Made by a program: the position numbers and the translations under genes
Shown: positions 1 through 13,881 of the stretch, in pieces
Layout: every line of letters begins with the position of its first letter
Position numbering within the stretch: position 1 is the stretch's first letter
From: Mobula hypostoma
Lineage: Eukaryota
NCBI RefSeq assembly: GCF_963921235.1
Contig: NC_086104.1
Span: 81,778,001 to 81,842,000 of the forward strand
DNA length: 64,000 nucleotides
Reading direction: 5' to 3'
The notes under the pieces: generated by a model
Told to the model about the DNA's origin: nothing
What the model saw: only the letters and a program-made list of their open reading frames with translations
Database searches by the model: none

Positions 1-907
1 TTTTCATGCAGTCTATTATTTAACCATTATGTGCAAAATGCTGGCTATATTTCCTTTCCTTTATACCACCATCCATAACCAGGCCATTGAATACAAAATG
101 GGACATACTGTAGCATACTATATTTCAGAAGAATTCTCCCAGTTTCTTGTGGGAACATCCATTAGAAAAAACTTCAAGGAAACCCTTGAAAAACTGATAT
201 CTGAATCATTGCCACCTCAGCTCACATGTTGCTGGAATTCTCGTTCATATTTATATTGTGTCCAAATTCAGTCCCCTTCCAATGTTCTTCTGATGTAACT
301 ACCACTGTCCTTAAACTTGAGGTCCTTCAAATCTCAGCAACCCTTAACTTGTACCAAGACCTGGCTGTTCCATTATTAATGTAGTTTGGCATCAAGTTTG
401 ACAATAGGATCCTTCTTCTTTTCAAATCTTTCCATCATTCCGCACCCTGTCCAATAACACAAAGTGTCAGTAATGTTACTGGTGAATTATTCTCAGAAAA
501 TAAATTGCTAATTGCTATTCTTGATGCTATTCACCTAGCATTAACAGAAAAATATGTGCAATTAAATATTGCCATTGACATAATGTTATGCCCCGAGATG
601 TTTCACAAGAGCGGTTATCAATCAAGATTTGACTGGGCTAAACATAGTTGTTGGAAACAAACAATATAGATTTCTACAAATAAGCTTTTGGGAAGACCCT
701 CACGGTAAACTAAGGAGGTAAATAGACAGGCAGTTTAAGAGAGAGACTCCACAGTTCAGAGCCCTGGCAGTAGAAGGCATGGGTGGCAGTATGCATTAAT
801 AATATACGGGGATTTGCAAGAGAAGACAATTATGGGTGTGCAAATATTTTGGAGGGTTGTAATGCTAAAAGAAGTTAAAAAGACATAGGCTAGGTCCAAG
901 CTCATCG

Positions 908-1615
908 TCAAGTTCAAGTTTAATTATCATACAAACATACATGCATATAGCCAAACTGAAATGTTCCTCCAGAGCCCAAGTGTAAAACACATTACCAACA
1001 GCACACAGCATGCTGCACGTATCACATAGTGCAAATAGCGCATATGGTTACAATTCCAAAAAAAAAATAGAGTCACGCAAAAAAAATTATAGCCAAAGGT
1101 CCTGTGTAGAATGACTAGATTGATGGTAAGTTGTTCTGGTCCAACTTGTTCTTCCACCGAGTGAACACAATAGGGCAGCACTGCTTCGCAATCTTCTCCC
1201 CTTGGTGACTACCACAGGTGACCCCACAGCCGCAGCCTAGGCCTAGTCCTCACCTCAACCGAGGCAATGCAGTTCTGCTGCCATTGGTCTCACCAATGAA
1301 CCAGTGACCTGGACTTTCAGTACTCTACATCTTCAATATCCAACAGGGTCTAGCGATCACAATAAAAACAACAAGACAACCACTTGCACCACACAGCTTC
1401 CTGGCACAACGTTACATAGTAAGTCCAGGCAACAGCACAAAAGTGGTACGAAATAAGTCCAGCTCCATTGCTATCGAGTACCTCGTTGATGGGGTAGTTC
1501 TGCAGTATCCAGCAGTGAGTTGCAATCATAAACAAGACATAGGAAATGAACAAAAGCATCCTTGGTTGGACCTGTAGTGGCAGCTGCATTTACGTGCACC
1601 ACCATGTTACTGGAG
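908..1615 (-). mobile_element. Non-autonomous retroposon family B copy
   Basis: Homologous to 62261-63029 and 15617-16560 (shared CCAGTGA..GACTT...TCCAACAGGGTC...GATCACAATAAAA and AAGTCCAGCTCCAT blocks); (TTGAAC)n 3' tail on the minus strand. Confidence 0.75.
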
Positions 1616-1984
1616 ACAACCTGTCATGCAGTTGAAAACGGGAACAAATCAAGGACAGATTTTCGGATACTTGCACTTATAATTTGTCACCAACTGGTAA
1701 GACTTCTCACTATGATAACACAGTATTGGTTAACTGGAAAAAATATTATTCTATCATAGAAAATCAATGCAGCATAGGGAAGCCACTCAAGTCATTAAGA
1801 TTGGTAAAGTAAGTTATTCATATAAACAATAGAGGTCCCAGTACTGATCCTGAGGACATCAGTTTGCTAACACTTTATCAAATACATTCTGAAAACATCT
1901 GTATACTTCACTAATTACTACCCATTGTAATCCCTTCATCAACCTTCTCTGCGATCCTATCAACCACTGGTGGAGGGGAATATT

Positions 1985-2750
1985 ACAAAACATATTGAGA
2001 ACTCGTTATTTGGATAAAACGCAAAGAGTTGGAATAAAAGGACCTTTTGCAGGTTGGCCAGGCTGTGGCTGCAGGTTATATCCCAGCAATTCAGGGACAA
2101 TGTCATATTTCTAAGTTTGCTGTAAACACTCAACTAAATGAAATTGTGAAAAGGAAGAAGGATGGAAAGTCACTTCACTGGGTTATGCACAAGATATGTG
2201 ATTAGGAAAGAAGATGGCAGATAAAACATAACGCAAGGAAATATAATGTCTTCCACTTTGTTAACTGGTGAGAGATTGGATAATGTTGATGTTCAAAAGG
2301 ACCTAGATGTGCTCATACCACAATCACTGAAGACCAACATAATGGTGTAGCAAGAAAATTGGAGAGAAAATAATATACTAGCTTTTCTTCTGAGAGTGTT
2401 TAGTTAAAAGAGGAAAATGTTTTATTCCAGTCGTGCAGGCCAGGGTTAGAACGTACTTGCCAGAGTGGGTGTACCCTAGATTGTTAAATGGGCTCCAGAG
2501 ATGGCAGATTTGCCATACGTGGAGAGGTTGGAAAGGCTGGGACTATAGTCTTGAATGATTGGAAGAATGAGAGAACATCTCATGAAAGCTTATGAAATCC
2601 TTAAAGAGATAGATAGCAGGAAGGTGAACCTTCTGACTGAGGCGCCTAGCTCCTATAGAATTCTATCTGTCATCTCAGTAACTATGTTCACTCAAGTCAG
2701 TAATCAATAGATTTCTGGGCATTGAGCAAATCAAGAGGTATGGTGATAGT
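1985..2750 (+). mobile_element. Old CR1 LINE fragment
   Basis: Decayed RT-region remnants (ACGCAAAGAGTTGGAATAAA, TCTAAGTTTGCTG, TGGCAGATAAAACATAAC). Confidence 0.7.
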
Positions 2751-2902
2751 GTATATAAATAACTAAATCACTAAGTTTTAAGTAAAACTTAATCAGGCTA
2801 ATAAATCCAGTTTGCATTTAAAGATCTGTGCTGGCTGTCCTTTATCAACTCAGGCTTTACTTGGAGCTGATTATTTGTATTCCTGATTCCTGTTTCAACA
2901 TC

Positions 2903-3100
2903 ATAGAACATAGAACATGACAGGACAGTAAAGGCCCTTCAGCCCACGATGTTATGCTGTCCTTTTAACCTACTCTAAGATCAATCTAACCTTTCTTTCC
3001 TACATAGCCCTCCATTTCTCTATCACCTAAGTGCCTTTCTAAGAGCTTCTTAAATGTCCCTAAAGTATTTGCCTCTCCCACCACCCCTTTCAGGGCGTTT

Positions 3101-3142
<42 letters not shown>

Positions 3143-3295
3143 ACTCTCTATCTAAAGAACCCCCTCTGACATCTGCCCCCAATACTTTCTTCCAATTACC
3201 TTAAAATTATGCTCCCTTGTATTAGCCTTTTCCATCCTATCAATGCCTCTAATCATTCTGTACACCTTTATCAAGTCTCCTCTCATTCTTATCAG
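2903..3295 (-). mobile_element. CR1 LINE 3' end
   Basis: (CATAGAA)n tail and reverse complement of the CR1 3' UTR seen at 58000-58260. Confidence 0.8.
3103..3141. repeat. (CA)19 microsatellite
   Basis: Direct reading. Confidence 0.98.
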
Positions 3296-4463
3296 TGTAT
3301 ATGTTGTGACTGTTCACTGTAAGATCAGCAGGCAGAGTTACATCGAAGTCCTGTGGGGGTGGGGGCGGGGAGTAGTGTTACAAATGTGATTGCTGAAATG
3401 CCGTTTTGCTGCTGCAGTGAGAATGCTGAGGTACGGGAGAAGGTGGGTCAGAGGAAAATGAGGAACGCCAGGGAAAGTGCTTGCAGCAAAAAGTGGCGGA
3501 AGTAGATGGCAGCTGGGCAAGTAGTGACCTGTGAGAAGCGAGCAGAGCCAGTGTGGTGTAAGAAGATAGTCGAATCCAAGCACAGGGCATAACTATGATG
3601 TAGACCCAATGTAAGAAAAAGTCAGGGAACTATATGGGTCACACAGCCCAGGGAATAGAGCCAAAAGTATCATGGAGTTCTGCCACCTAACATTAACTGC
3701 CACCAACCCAGTCCACACCCTGGTTAAAATCAGGCCTCACAAGATGAATTGCTTTCCCACATTCCAATTCAGCAATTCTTTTTTTAAACACATACTTATG
3801 TAGCACAGTAATAAAATAAACATTCAACATCCCTAAATGCCTAAACCACACCAAACACTGTAATTATAGCAGTGCAAATATTAGAGATACAACAGCACTT
3901 TGAAAGCCTGAATGGCAGCTGTACTGAAGCCACAAAATATTGACCACCATTCCTGTTGCAGTGGGTCAAATTCCTAGACATCAAATGCTAGTATTTAACA
4001 AGTGGATTGTACGTGCAAGGGACACAGACTCCAAAAATGGAAAATGGGAGTTTCTGCTCAGCAGCAATGTGAACTCCCAAGGCTAGTTTAGCACCTTCCA
4101 ACGCTTCAATTTCCACTAATCAGAATGAGTTAGCAGGCATCGCAGTACCAAATGCAAGTCTGTCTGTCAGTCACAGGTTATTCTGACTCATGATTATATT
4201 TCTGTGGCTTCATAGCTACATGCTTAGATTGCTGAATTCCCCCACCCAGTGGCACCGTGGAAGTATCTTCACCACATCATCTACAACAAACTGACTCTGT
4301 AGCTCACCGCCACACTCTAGAACTCAGGGGTGTCATTTCCCTTGGCTGAGTAGAGAAAAAACTCTATTTTTCAGAAATGTTTATCAACCTGCAAGTACTA
4401 TGTAACCAAATAAAATTGATTTTTCATCGTCATAATGGTATCTTTAACAATGAAGAGATGAGC

Positions 4464-5509
4464 AACACACACAAAATTCTGGAGGAATTCAGCAGGTCAG
4501 CCGGCATCTATGGGGAGGTAAAAACATCCAATATTTTGGGCGAGGCCCTTCATCAGGCCTGGAAAGGGGGTAAAGGCCAGAGAAAGAAGGTGGGAGGAGG
4601 TGAAGGCGTACAAGCCAGCGAGCGATAGGTGAGACCAGGTGAAGGAAATGGTAGGTGGATGGGAAAAGGGATGGTGAGAAGCCAGAAGTGACAGTGGGAA
4701 AAGGTGAAGGGCTGACGAAGAAAGAATCTGATAGGAGAGAACAATGGACGGTGAAGAGGACTTAGGGAATGGAAAAAGAGAGATGGAAGAGGGGAGGAGA
4801 AATTACAAGAAATCGGTGTCCACATGCCAAAAGTTGGAGGCTACCCAGATGAAATACAAGTTGTTGCTCTTCCAACCTCAGTGTGGCCTCATCATACTGT
4901 AGAGGAAGCCATAGACAGACATATTGGAATGGGAATGGGAAGTCAAATTGAAATGGATGGTCACTGGGAAATTCCGCTTTTGCGGTGGATAGAAAAAGGT
5001 GCCCAATTGTGTGGTCCGCCAATCCATGTCTAGCCTTTCCAATGTAGGCGAAGCCACACTGGGAACACCAGATACAGCAGATAATCCCGACAGACTTGCA
5101 GGTAAAGTATTGCCTCACCTGGAAAGACTGCTTGTGGCACTGAGTGGTGGTGAGGGAGGAGGTGTAGCACGAGCAAGGAGGAAGATAAGTGGGGAGTGGC
5201 AAGTCGATAAAGGAGTCACATAGAAAGCAATTCCCATAGAAAACAGAGAGTGTAGAGGGGAGGAAGGAATGGCTTGCATAGTGGTAGGATTCCACTGTAG
5301 ATGCCAGAAGTTATGGAGAATGATAAGGTGAATATGGAGGCTCATGAGGTGATAGGTAAGGACAAGGGGAACCCTACCCCTATAAGGCAGGATGCCCAAG
5401 TGGCCAGTGTTCAATCCCCTCCATAGATGCTGCCTGACCTGCTGAGTTCCCCCTGTATTTTGTGTGGGTGTTGCTCAAGATTTCCAGGATCTGCTAAAAC
5501 TCTTGTGGT
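4464..5509 (-). mobile_element. Penelope-like element, 5'-truncated, with GIY-YIG remnant and inverted terminal repeat
   Basis: ORF 4762-5295 contains IICCIWCSQCGFAYIGKA (GIY-YIG-like); terminal repeat at ~4468-4515 is inverted at ~5418-5466; 15-bp TSD AATGAAGAG(A/G)TGAGC at 4449-4463 and 5510-5524. Confidence 0.88.
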
Positions 5510-7542
5510 AATGAAGAGGTGAGCCTTGATTCTTACAAAGTATAATTTGCTTCAAGGTCCAACTAAGACAACATGAATGTATGTGTTCTGCAGCAACCAG
5601 GAAGTGTTGGCCAGCAGGAAGGATCTTCTCCAATGAAGCACAAAGATTCTCCTGGACCAAGAAGAAGTTGCAGGGACCATTAACAATTTATATCTTCCAA
5701 CTGAATTTAATACATGTGAGAACACTGATATCCTTCATTGATTCCTATCTGGGTACAGTTCCTCGGCAAAGAACAAAAGACCACAAGTAGCCAGTTGGTC
5801 CTTTGAGGCCCCAAATGATGGTGAGGGAGGGGGTGTATGGGCAGCTGCCATTGAAACAGGTTGTGGTTAAAGTGTAACATAACTCCGAATTCTCAATGTA
5901 CTTAGCTTAACAACATTGTATCTGCCTTTGCTTTTTTAAAAAAGAGCCAAATGCTCTCTTGTTCCACTAGATTCAAAGGGATTTTGTAGAAAGAGAATGA
6001 CATTCCCCCAACTTCTTATCTCTGGGTATATTTAACCTTTTGTCGCTTCATCAATTGATCTATCTTCTTTTGTGATTCTTTACAGTGATCACCCTCAGCC
6101 CAGTTGATTAGGTACTGCAACACAGCTGTGCACATATACAACTGGGGACAAAAACCACAAAAGAGAATCCAAACAGTTTTTTACCCCTCTGTTGTAGTGT
6201 CAATGCTGAACCCAATTTCAGTGCTCCAAAAGTCAACTTGCACTGAGATCAGATAACCGAACTATAGCTGAAGTGAAGGAATGTGCTTTCATGATCTTTG
6301 CAGCTCAGTGTCACACAGGGCATGGGTTTTTACCCATTAAGAGCCCAGAGGTCACATTTCCTAATTCCCGGGTCACTGGCAATTAACTTTATTCAGGTGT
6401 CGTTTCTGAGACCAGTCTTTCACTTTGTGACTTTACCTGGAGCACAGTACAGTTATAACTGTCGTGCTACATTGACAATTTTTTTGTTCGGGTATGCACT
6501 TCTCCTTTGGAACTTCTCCTGCATTAGGTTTCGAACAATCAATGCCATCTTGTTCATTTACTTACACTTCACCAACAGCTATAGAACCATAGATGCATAC
6601 TTGATGTTTACAGGGGGTGGAGGGATCATTCAGGCCAATGTGCTGTTGGAAGTTCCGTGCAAGTACAGTGCCAAACTAAACCCATTTTCCTGTTATCTCC
6701 ACGTGTCTTTACATTGTCCTCTGCTCCTAAAATGTATCCATTTTTCCTTTAAGAGATGTGGTGGCCTCTGCCTTAACAAAGTATTACATGCTGCAATGAA
6801 ACCTCCCCTAAATAAATTTCTCTCCTCAATCTAAGTGGTATTTTTTAAAAATGAACAACTCTTACCACGGATTCCAAAACTGGAGAAAGAGTCTTGCTTG
6901 TTTATTTTATCAAGCCCCTTCATTATCATAAGCCCAACTATTAATGTCTCTTATCCTTCTCTCAATGAATGGAAATATCATGAGTTCCCTTCTTCATTTC
7001 AGTCATTTTCAAACGCAGCATCATGCAGGTGATTCAAACTTGCACTATTTGCTACAGCTTTAATGTGTGTATGCGCAGTTTTACAAACCTTGTTCAGTCA
7101 GTGATTTCCATTACCTCTTTTTTGCTTACATACTCTCATCCCTATGAAACTCCATGTGTCTTTTGCATTTTTACTAGCTTGGTGTAAGTGATTTCAAGGA
7201 CTTTTTTATGCACTTTTATTTCTCGCTCTTCCACGATCGCCTCTTAGCAGCCTTCATACTTTGTCATACAATGCAGTCACTAGACCCATGCTATGTTTTG
7301 ATTCTCCTTTGTGCTGCTGAAAACGTTGCTTAGAAACTGAAAAACGTGGCACTCTTTTTTAAGTATTTGCAAATAAAAATTGATGGTTTCTGAAGAAAAG
7401 TGCAAAAGTCTGAGAAGTGGTTCAAATTTGGACTCTCACAAAGTGACCTCGTTCCTGACAAAGTACTTAAGTCTGATTGATATACTGAGTACTTCCACCT
7501 TAGAAAATTTGTTAGCATGTTTTCACTTTTAAAAAAAGTTAC

Positions 7543-7746
7543 TTGCACAATTCTGCAGTATTTTGTAGAAAACTCTGGAAATGGAATGTTGATATAGAGT
7601 TTAGTGCATTGACCACAGCAATTCTGGGTGAGGTGAACTGTTATATCTGTCCCGGTCACCTCTTTGTTGTGGCTGGATGTGTATTGGAAGTTGGCCTGAG
7701 GGAGGTGATTAAGATACCCAGGATTTTTCAAGTCAGCAGTAACCCT
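7543..7746 (-). CDS. Candidate phase 0-0 internal exon of an unidentified gene (68 codons)
   Basis: Non-repetitive; acceptor TTCTCCCTGCAG, donor CAA|GTAACT; only one frame open (RVTADLKNPGYLNHLPQANFQY...CCGQCTKLYINIPFPEFSTKYCRIVQ). No homology recognised. Confidence 0.3.
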
Positions 7747-8078
7747 CTGCAGGGAGAACTCCAGCAAAACACCCCTGACTCTATATAAGGTCAGAACCAT
7801 TACCTCCTAACCTCAGAATCATTCCAAACAGTGGAGAATGACTGAAGGCATATTTTCCAGTTTGCGGGACATTACAACTTGAGAGAGACATTCAGTGATC
7901 TTCATTGAGGCAAATGGGACTTTACCTATTTTCCTTCTACAAAGACGTTCGGGTTGAAATGAGACATAATTTGCAAATGTTGCAGGTTTTCTGATGTTTC
8001 AAGTGGCAATAGAGAGCTTTTTAGATTTCCTGTCAGAACACAGAAATGGATATTAATTCCGAAAGCTAGCACCCCCTG

Positions 8079-8201
8079 AATGCAAACACGAGGAAATCTG
8101 CAGATGCTGGAATTTTAAGCAACACACATAAAAGTTGCTGGTGAACGCAGCAGGCCAGGCAGCATCTCTAGGAAGAGGTACAGTCGACATTTCGGGCCGA
8201 G
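8079..8201 (-). mobile_element. Penelope terminal-repeat fragment
   Basis: Same terminal repeat as 45455-45600; flanked by ACCCCCTG at 8071-8078 and 8202-8209. Confidence 0.8.
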
Positions 8202-8289
8202 ACCCCCTGCGTGTTCAGCAATGGTCAGCAATGTGAAGAGATTTGTCTTGATCAGTGTCATCCATCTAGGGAGTTTACATGACTGATTT

Positions 8290-9015
8290 CTCATTTGAAT
8301 TTGAATTGACTTCATTACTTACATCCTTCATATATGTGAGGAGTAAAAATCTTTATGTTACGTCTCCATCTAAACATGCAATGTGCAATTATAGTAATTT
8401 ATAATAAATATTATGTACAACAGGATAATTAATATAACAAACATATAAATACAGTTGTGTCAGCATGAATTAAGCAGTCAGATGGCCTGGTGGAAGAAGC
8501 TGTAGTGGAGCCTGTTGGTCCTGGCTTTTATGCTGCAGTACCAGTTCCTGGACGGTAGCAGCTGGAACAGTTTGTGGTTGGAGTGGCTCGGGTCTCCAAT
8601 GATCCTTCAGGCCCTTTTTACACACCTATCTTTGTAAATATCCTGAATAGTAGGAAGTTCACATCTACAGATGCGCTGGGCTGTCCGCACCACTCTCTGC
8701 AGAATCCTGCGATTGAGGGAAGTATAGTTCTCATACCAGGCCAGTCAGTCAGCCAGTCAGGATGCTCTCAGTTGTGCCCCTGTAGAAAGTTCTTTGGATC
8801 TGGGGACCCATATCAAGCTTTTTCAACCATCTGAGGTGAAAAAGGCGCAGTTGTGCTTTTTTCACCACACAGCTGGTATGTACAGAGCATGTGAGATCCT
8901 CGATGATGTTTATGCCAAGGAACTAAAAGATGTTCACCCGCTGAACCCCAGATCCATTGATGTCATTAGGGGTTAGCCCGTCTCCATTCCTCCTGTAATC
9001 CACAACCGACTCTTC
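8290..9015 (-). mobile_element. Rex1/Babar LINE 3' fragment
   Basis: Reverse of the Rex1 C-terminus (GAAGAAGCTGT, CAGCTGGAACAGTTTG); short tandem tail at ~8295. Confidence 0.75.
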
Positions 9016-11939
9016 TTATAGACATTCTCCTTCCCTGGCTCTGCCGTTTGTCTATATTGGAGAGTATGTGATTATTATTATAACTAGCACGACAGTATTA
9101 ACAGAAGCCCAAATGGAGAGAGTAAGGGGGAACTCAAGACAGATTATAGTATCAGTAGCATTACCATAACCTCTGGTCAGGCATTGGACTTGACCATCAT
9201 CTGTTGTCCCATGCATAACCTAGCTATCAGGACAGCATAGCCCATTGCCTGAAGTCCTCCTCTGTGGAGGGAAAGAGGGTTTAGGCACAGCAGCTGAAAC
9301 TTGTCAGGTAGCAGTACAGGGAAGTCCTCTCACTGCCAGTGCCAACCTAATTGTCAGCAATTTCTTTACAGGATCCCACTGCGTGGGCTGAGTGTCCAGG
9401 AAGAGAGGTCACGTAAGGAATTGGCAGGTCACACCAACAACACTTGGTATTCAATTGCCAACATTTCATGACAGGGGAATACAATCCAAGCTGCACTCAG
9501 TATTTTAACTACAGTCAGCTCCAGCTAAAAATGGTCCTCAAAGCCTTAATCCGACTGTGCTGTGAAAGTTGATAATACAAAGTTGTCCATGGCTACTGAC
9601 CATCTTCTACTGAGGCACAGAACATAGCTGCTGCCTATACAGTGTCAACAAAAGAAAACAGGGAGGTATGTAAAACTTCCTTAACCTTTAAAACGAGCCT
9701 CTGTCTCAAGCCAACAGGCAATCCGTAAAGATACTGAGAGGAGCATCTCAGATTGATTCAACATCAACAGCTATACTCATGAGAATTGCAAACAGGAATC
9801 ATTCATTCTAATTCAGTATCTTCACGGAGACTAATTACACAGAGTGTTCTGATTGAAGTATGAGCACTTGAGAACAGAGCTAACTCTCGTTTTGAGGATG
9901 ATCCGATCCACAGACTGAAACAAGGATCTGAAAGTGACTCAGAAATCTGATTCTGGAACCACTGGCTCACCTGCAGAAGAAGCAGATGTTTTCTTTCAGG
10001 TCAGCTGCTTATTGCCTTAGTTAAGTCTCCCCCAGTTTTTCCCTTTTTTACTCTGCTTCAAGGCCAGCAAAGAACTACCAATCACATCAATAGTGAAGGA
10101 TGAAAGGAGGTAGTTTTGTGACTCATACCTGAATCAGTACAAGCTATGCAGCTGTGTAGCCAACTTCTATGTGAGCAGTTCTAAGTCACAGCATGAAATC
10201 CAAGGTAAACAGTTATCTAACAAATTAGTGAATTATGAGGCATTGTGCTGAGCTGAATGGAAGACTATTACAAAGTGACAAGCCTGCACAGATGGTCAAA
10301 ACCTCAACCCACAACAGTTGAGGGTGAAGTGGCAAGCTTTAGGACACAGACACTTACCTTCAAAGTTGACTTTGCAAGTGCAAACCAGTAATATCAGTTT
10401 GGCAGAGTCAGCATTACAATATCAAGCATGGTTAAAAACAAAAGCCTTTAAGAAAACAGACCATTTCATTGAAAAACTTGAAATAAGGTCAAGCAACATT
10501 TGTGAAAAGAGAAACAGAGTTAATATTTTAGGTCTGAGATCCTTTGTCAGACCACATTTTGTAATGATCTAAATTCTTGTATACTTTGTAAAATGTCTAC
10601 TTCAGCTTTAAACTCTCCCACCTAAAACATTAATTCTGTTTTCTTTCCATTGATGCTATTTGACCCTTTCATCATTTTCTGCATTATTATAGATTCCTAG
10701 CATCCTCAGTTTATTTTTTTACATTTCCATTGAAATGTTTCACCTAATACAGCAGTGATTCCATCAAATGCATTTAATGGCCAGTTAACATGTTCAAAGA
10801 AAGACCCCATAGTAATTAAGGATGGACAAAAGGATTCAAGGAATCAGATCTACCATTTTATGTAGGTCTCAGGGCATGTAAAATCCTGGCCCGTATTTTG
10901 CCATCAAGAAGGTGATGGGGGGAAGCAGCAGGCACATTTTACTTGTGGCAGTCCTTCTAGTGAAGGTTCTCCTGCTGGATAGGAAGTTCCAGGATTTAGA
11001 CTCACGGGTAATGCAGGAGCACTGGTACATCTCCAATCTGGGTGTTCTGTGTCTCATAACGGACGGGCACCTGCTGCCCATGCTTATTGGTGGTAGAGGT
11101 TGTGAGTTTGGGAGCTGTTGTTGGACTTACCCAGGAAAGTAACTGCAGTGCATTTTGTAAATGGTGCACACAGATGATGGAGGGAATTAGATTGTGAAAG
11201 GTATGTCAGTCAAGCAGATCCTTTTATCCTGTACGGAGTTGAGCATTCCAACCGATACAAAAAACTAAAAACTTCATATAAGCAGAATACAAGAGTTGAT
11301 TTCTTCTGTTTCTTCTCCAGTGCTGTCATATTCTATGAAAATAAGTAATAAAACTACCAACAATTGCAAAACTTCAACAAACTCAAAGACACACTTTTTC
11401 GTCCATCTGAGCCTGCCCACCTTCACAGTTGTAACATATGTCAACAATTTCATACCACAATGCAGTTAGTGTCTGTGTTTGATTACTGTGCTAAAAGAAG
11501 AAGCAAAAACCTCTCAAATTATGCAGAAAGTATGTACCAAAGTATGGTTCCTGGATATGCAATATTCCCTCCCAGTACCACAGTATGTATTAACTGGACA
11601 GCAGTGGAGTAGAAACATCCTGTCAACACGAGTTTTTTTTTCTAGATACCCATGTTCAGATACCAAAGGACATGGAATATTTAGATCCAATTCAGTCCTA
11701 TATAATCTGTACTGATAGTTACAAAACAGATTTTCTGTGGGTCTTTAGTTCTAAGTTGCTCCTACTTTTGGAACATTTTTTTCCCTGTGCATGGGACAGT
11801 TGGCACGGGAATGGAAAACCATAATTTAATATTACACACTCTGCTCATGAAAATATATCTCAGACCCACACCAAATCTCTTTATCCAATACCCTGTCTAT
11901 GCCGACCTATAGTCATGTTCAGTCTGATAACCCCACAAT

Positions 11940-12290
11940 TTTATAATAATCATCCTTGTTTTTAAAATGATCTCATCCCTCCTTAACAATGTATTCTACT
12001 CCAGTTCTGCAAGGCCCTATCTTCACTTCTCCAATATTGATTGCTTGATTGTTTCCAAGTTTAATTACCTCACCATTGGCAGCTGTACCTTTATCTGCTG
12101 AGACAGTGTCTTGGAATCCACCTTTGTCTCAACCTCTCCTTTCTTTGAGATGCTTCTTAATAGCTATGGATTTAACCAGAATTCTTGTGATCTGCCTTGA
12201 TATTTCCTGCAATTTTGTCAATGTTTTGTTTGATAATATTTATGTGAAAGCCTTGAGATGTTTTGGCTTCATTAAAAGGATTATAAGGAT
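11940..12290 (+). mobile_element. Ancient L2-like LINE 3' end
   Basis: Ends TGTGAAAGCCTTGAGATG...AAAGGATTATAA, an L2-type tail; related decayed minus-strand copies at ~530-850 and ~53800-54030. Confidence 0.5.
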
Positions 12291-13359
12291 AGAAGGTTTT
12301 GCTGTTGCGGGTTGGTCTGAGATCATTATTAGAAGGTCCCTTCTGTGTTCATCCTTTGGAGTCAATAGATCTTCAACCAAAAGGCACAGTTGTGCGGGCT
12401 CATAAAGTGAATGGTGATATGAGTCAGAAAGATTCCCTGAAATGCAATATGATTGCTCCTACGTTATCTCATCATGAAGAAAGAAGCATTTGTGACACCC
12501 TTAAATTAATGTGGAAGTATTTGATTAATATACTTAGGTGTTTACCAAAGATTGAATTGCACATTCTTTTCCCCAGGAACACAGATTATGCAATGATGAC
12601 ATTGATTATTAATTGTTACTGTTTGAACACTTATCCTGTCAAACTGGATCATGTGTCAGCAACTAACACTCTGTGCGAGCCATACGCAGAAGATATCTGC
12701 TGCATCATGGACAGGAAGCCACATGCCTACTATTTAATGAGATCCTTAATGGCATATGGATTTACTTGAGGTGGCACTTTGGGTTTGCCAACGTCACAGA
12801 TATATTTCACTCACTTTGGTTAGATGTGGATGCTTAAAGATTCCACTCAGTTTCCAACATAATCCGAAGGTGGCAAAGGCCCAAGTGCATGAACTCTTGC
12901 AAGAGTAAGCTGAGGGAGGGAAGAGCAATTCCAGCAAGGTTGTAGCTCCTGGAGTCTTCTGAGTACACCATTCCTATCTCCCTGTGTCTAGGAACAACAT
13001 ACGCAAAGGCTCAGATTTTCAAAAGAGCTGTCTCCAAGGTCTGCCTCAGCTAAGGACAGAACTCCAGCCGCAGACCCTGGTGTGGAAGACATTGTTATGA
13101 TGATCAGGTTCACAGTGGACCTCAGTTCTTGACCTTCCACACCATCCAAAGTGGAGATAACTGATACCTTTCAATCTCTCAGTTTGCAGTTCCCCAGTGC
13201 TATCACACAGGCTCCCTGCTCCATGAGAGGGTAATTCATCTATCCCATGCCTGCGCTAGCTATCAAGCATGCAGTTACATTAATCTAACACTATTCTTAA
13301 TATATTATCATCACAATCCCTTGAACCGTCCTCCTCACCCCCCAGCACAAGGTTCTACC

Positions 13360-13565
13360 AGCCACCTATACCCTAGGGATAATTTGTACTGACCGATGAG
13401 TCTACCAACCAGTACATCTTGGGAATGTGTGAGAAATTCAGAGTACCTAAAGGAAACCACACGGTCACAAGGAGAATGTGCAAACTATGCAAGAAGCATC
13501 AGAGTTCAGGTTTGAATGCAGTTTGCTGGAGCTCCAGGGCAGCTCTACTACTGTGTCACCTTGCT
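13360..13565 (-). mobile_element. Old V-SINE
   Basis: Degenerate V core (ACATCTTGGGAATGTGTGAGAAA...GGAAACCACACGGTCACAAGGAGAATGTGCAAACT). Confidence 0.7.
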
Positions 13566-13740
13566 GCTTTCACGGTTCCTCTGTGCAGGTTTAGCCCAAG
13601 CATGCAACCACACCCCTACAGTCAACAGCCTGGAGGTCACCATTGACCTCCGGCGAAGAAGTGATCCTGAGCAGACCATTGATCATTGTGCCAGCAAGAG
13701 CACCTCAAACAGAGTCAGATTCATTGATTTATCACATGTA

Positions 13741-13881
13741 CATCAAAACATACAGTGCAATGGGTTATTTGCATTAACAACCAACACCATCAAAACATAC
13801 AGTGCAATGGGTTATTTGTATTCACAACCAACGCCATCAAAACATACAGTGAAATGGGTCATTTGTATTCACAACCAACAC
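13741..13881. repeat. 47-bp tandem repeat, 3 copies
   Basis: Units start at 13741, 13788 and 13835 (CATCAAAACATACAGTG.AATGGGT.ATTTG.ATT.ACAACCAAC.C). Confidence 0.92.

Noticed and set aside
6298-6834. 178-aa ORF as a gene
   Set aside because: TTG start, no recognisable domain, and its 3' part seems to run into decayed antisense CR1-like sequence.
10359-10446. Minus-strand segment with good splice sites (AAG|GTAAGT donor)
   Set aside because: All three frames contain stops; it could only be a non-coding exon and nothing else supports it.
12049-12769. Overlapping 118-aa and 156-aa ORFs
   Set aside because: They partly overlap an L2 remnant and show no motifs or convincing splice boundaries.
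13741-13881. 47-bp repeats as a CRISPR-like array
   Set aside because: Units are head-to-tail with no spacers, lie inside a SINE-like tail, and the context is vertebrate.
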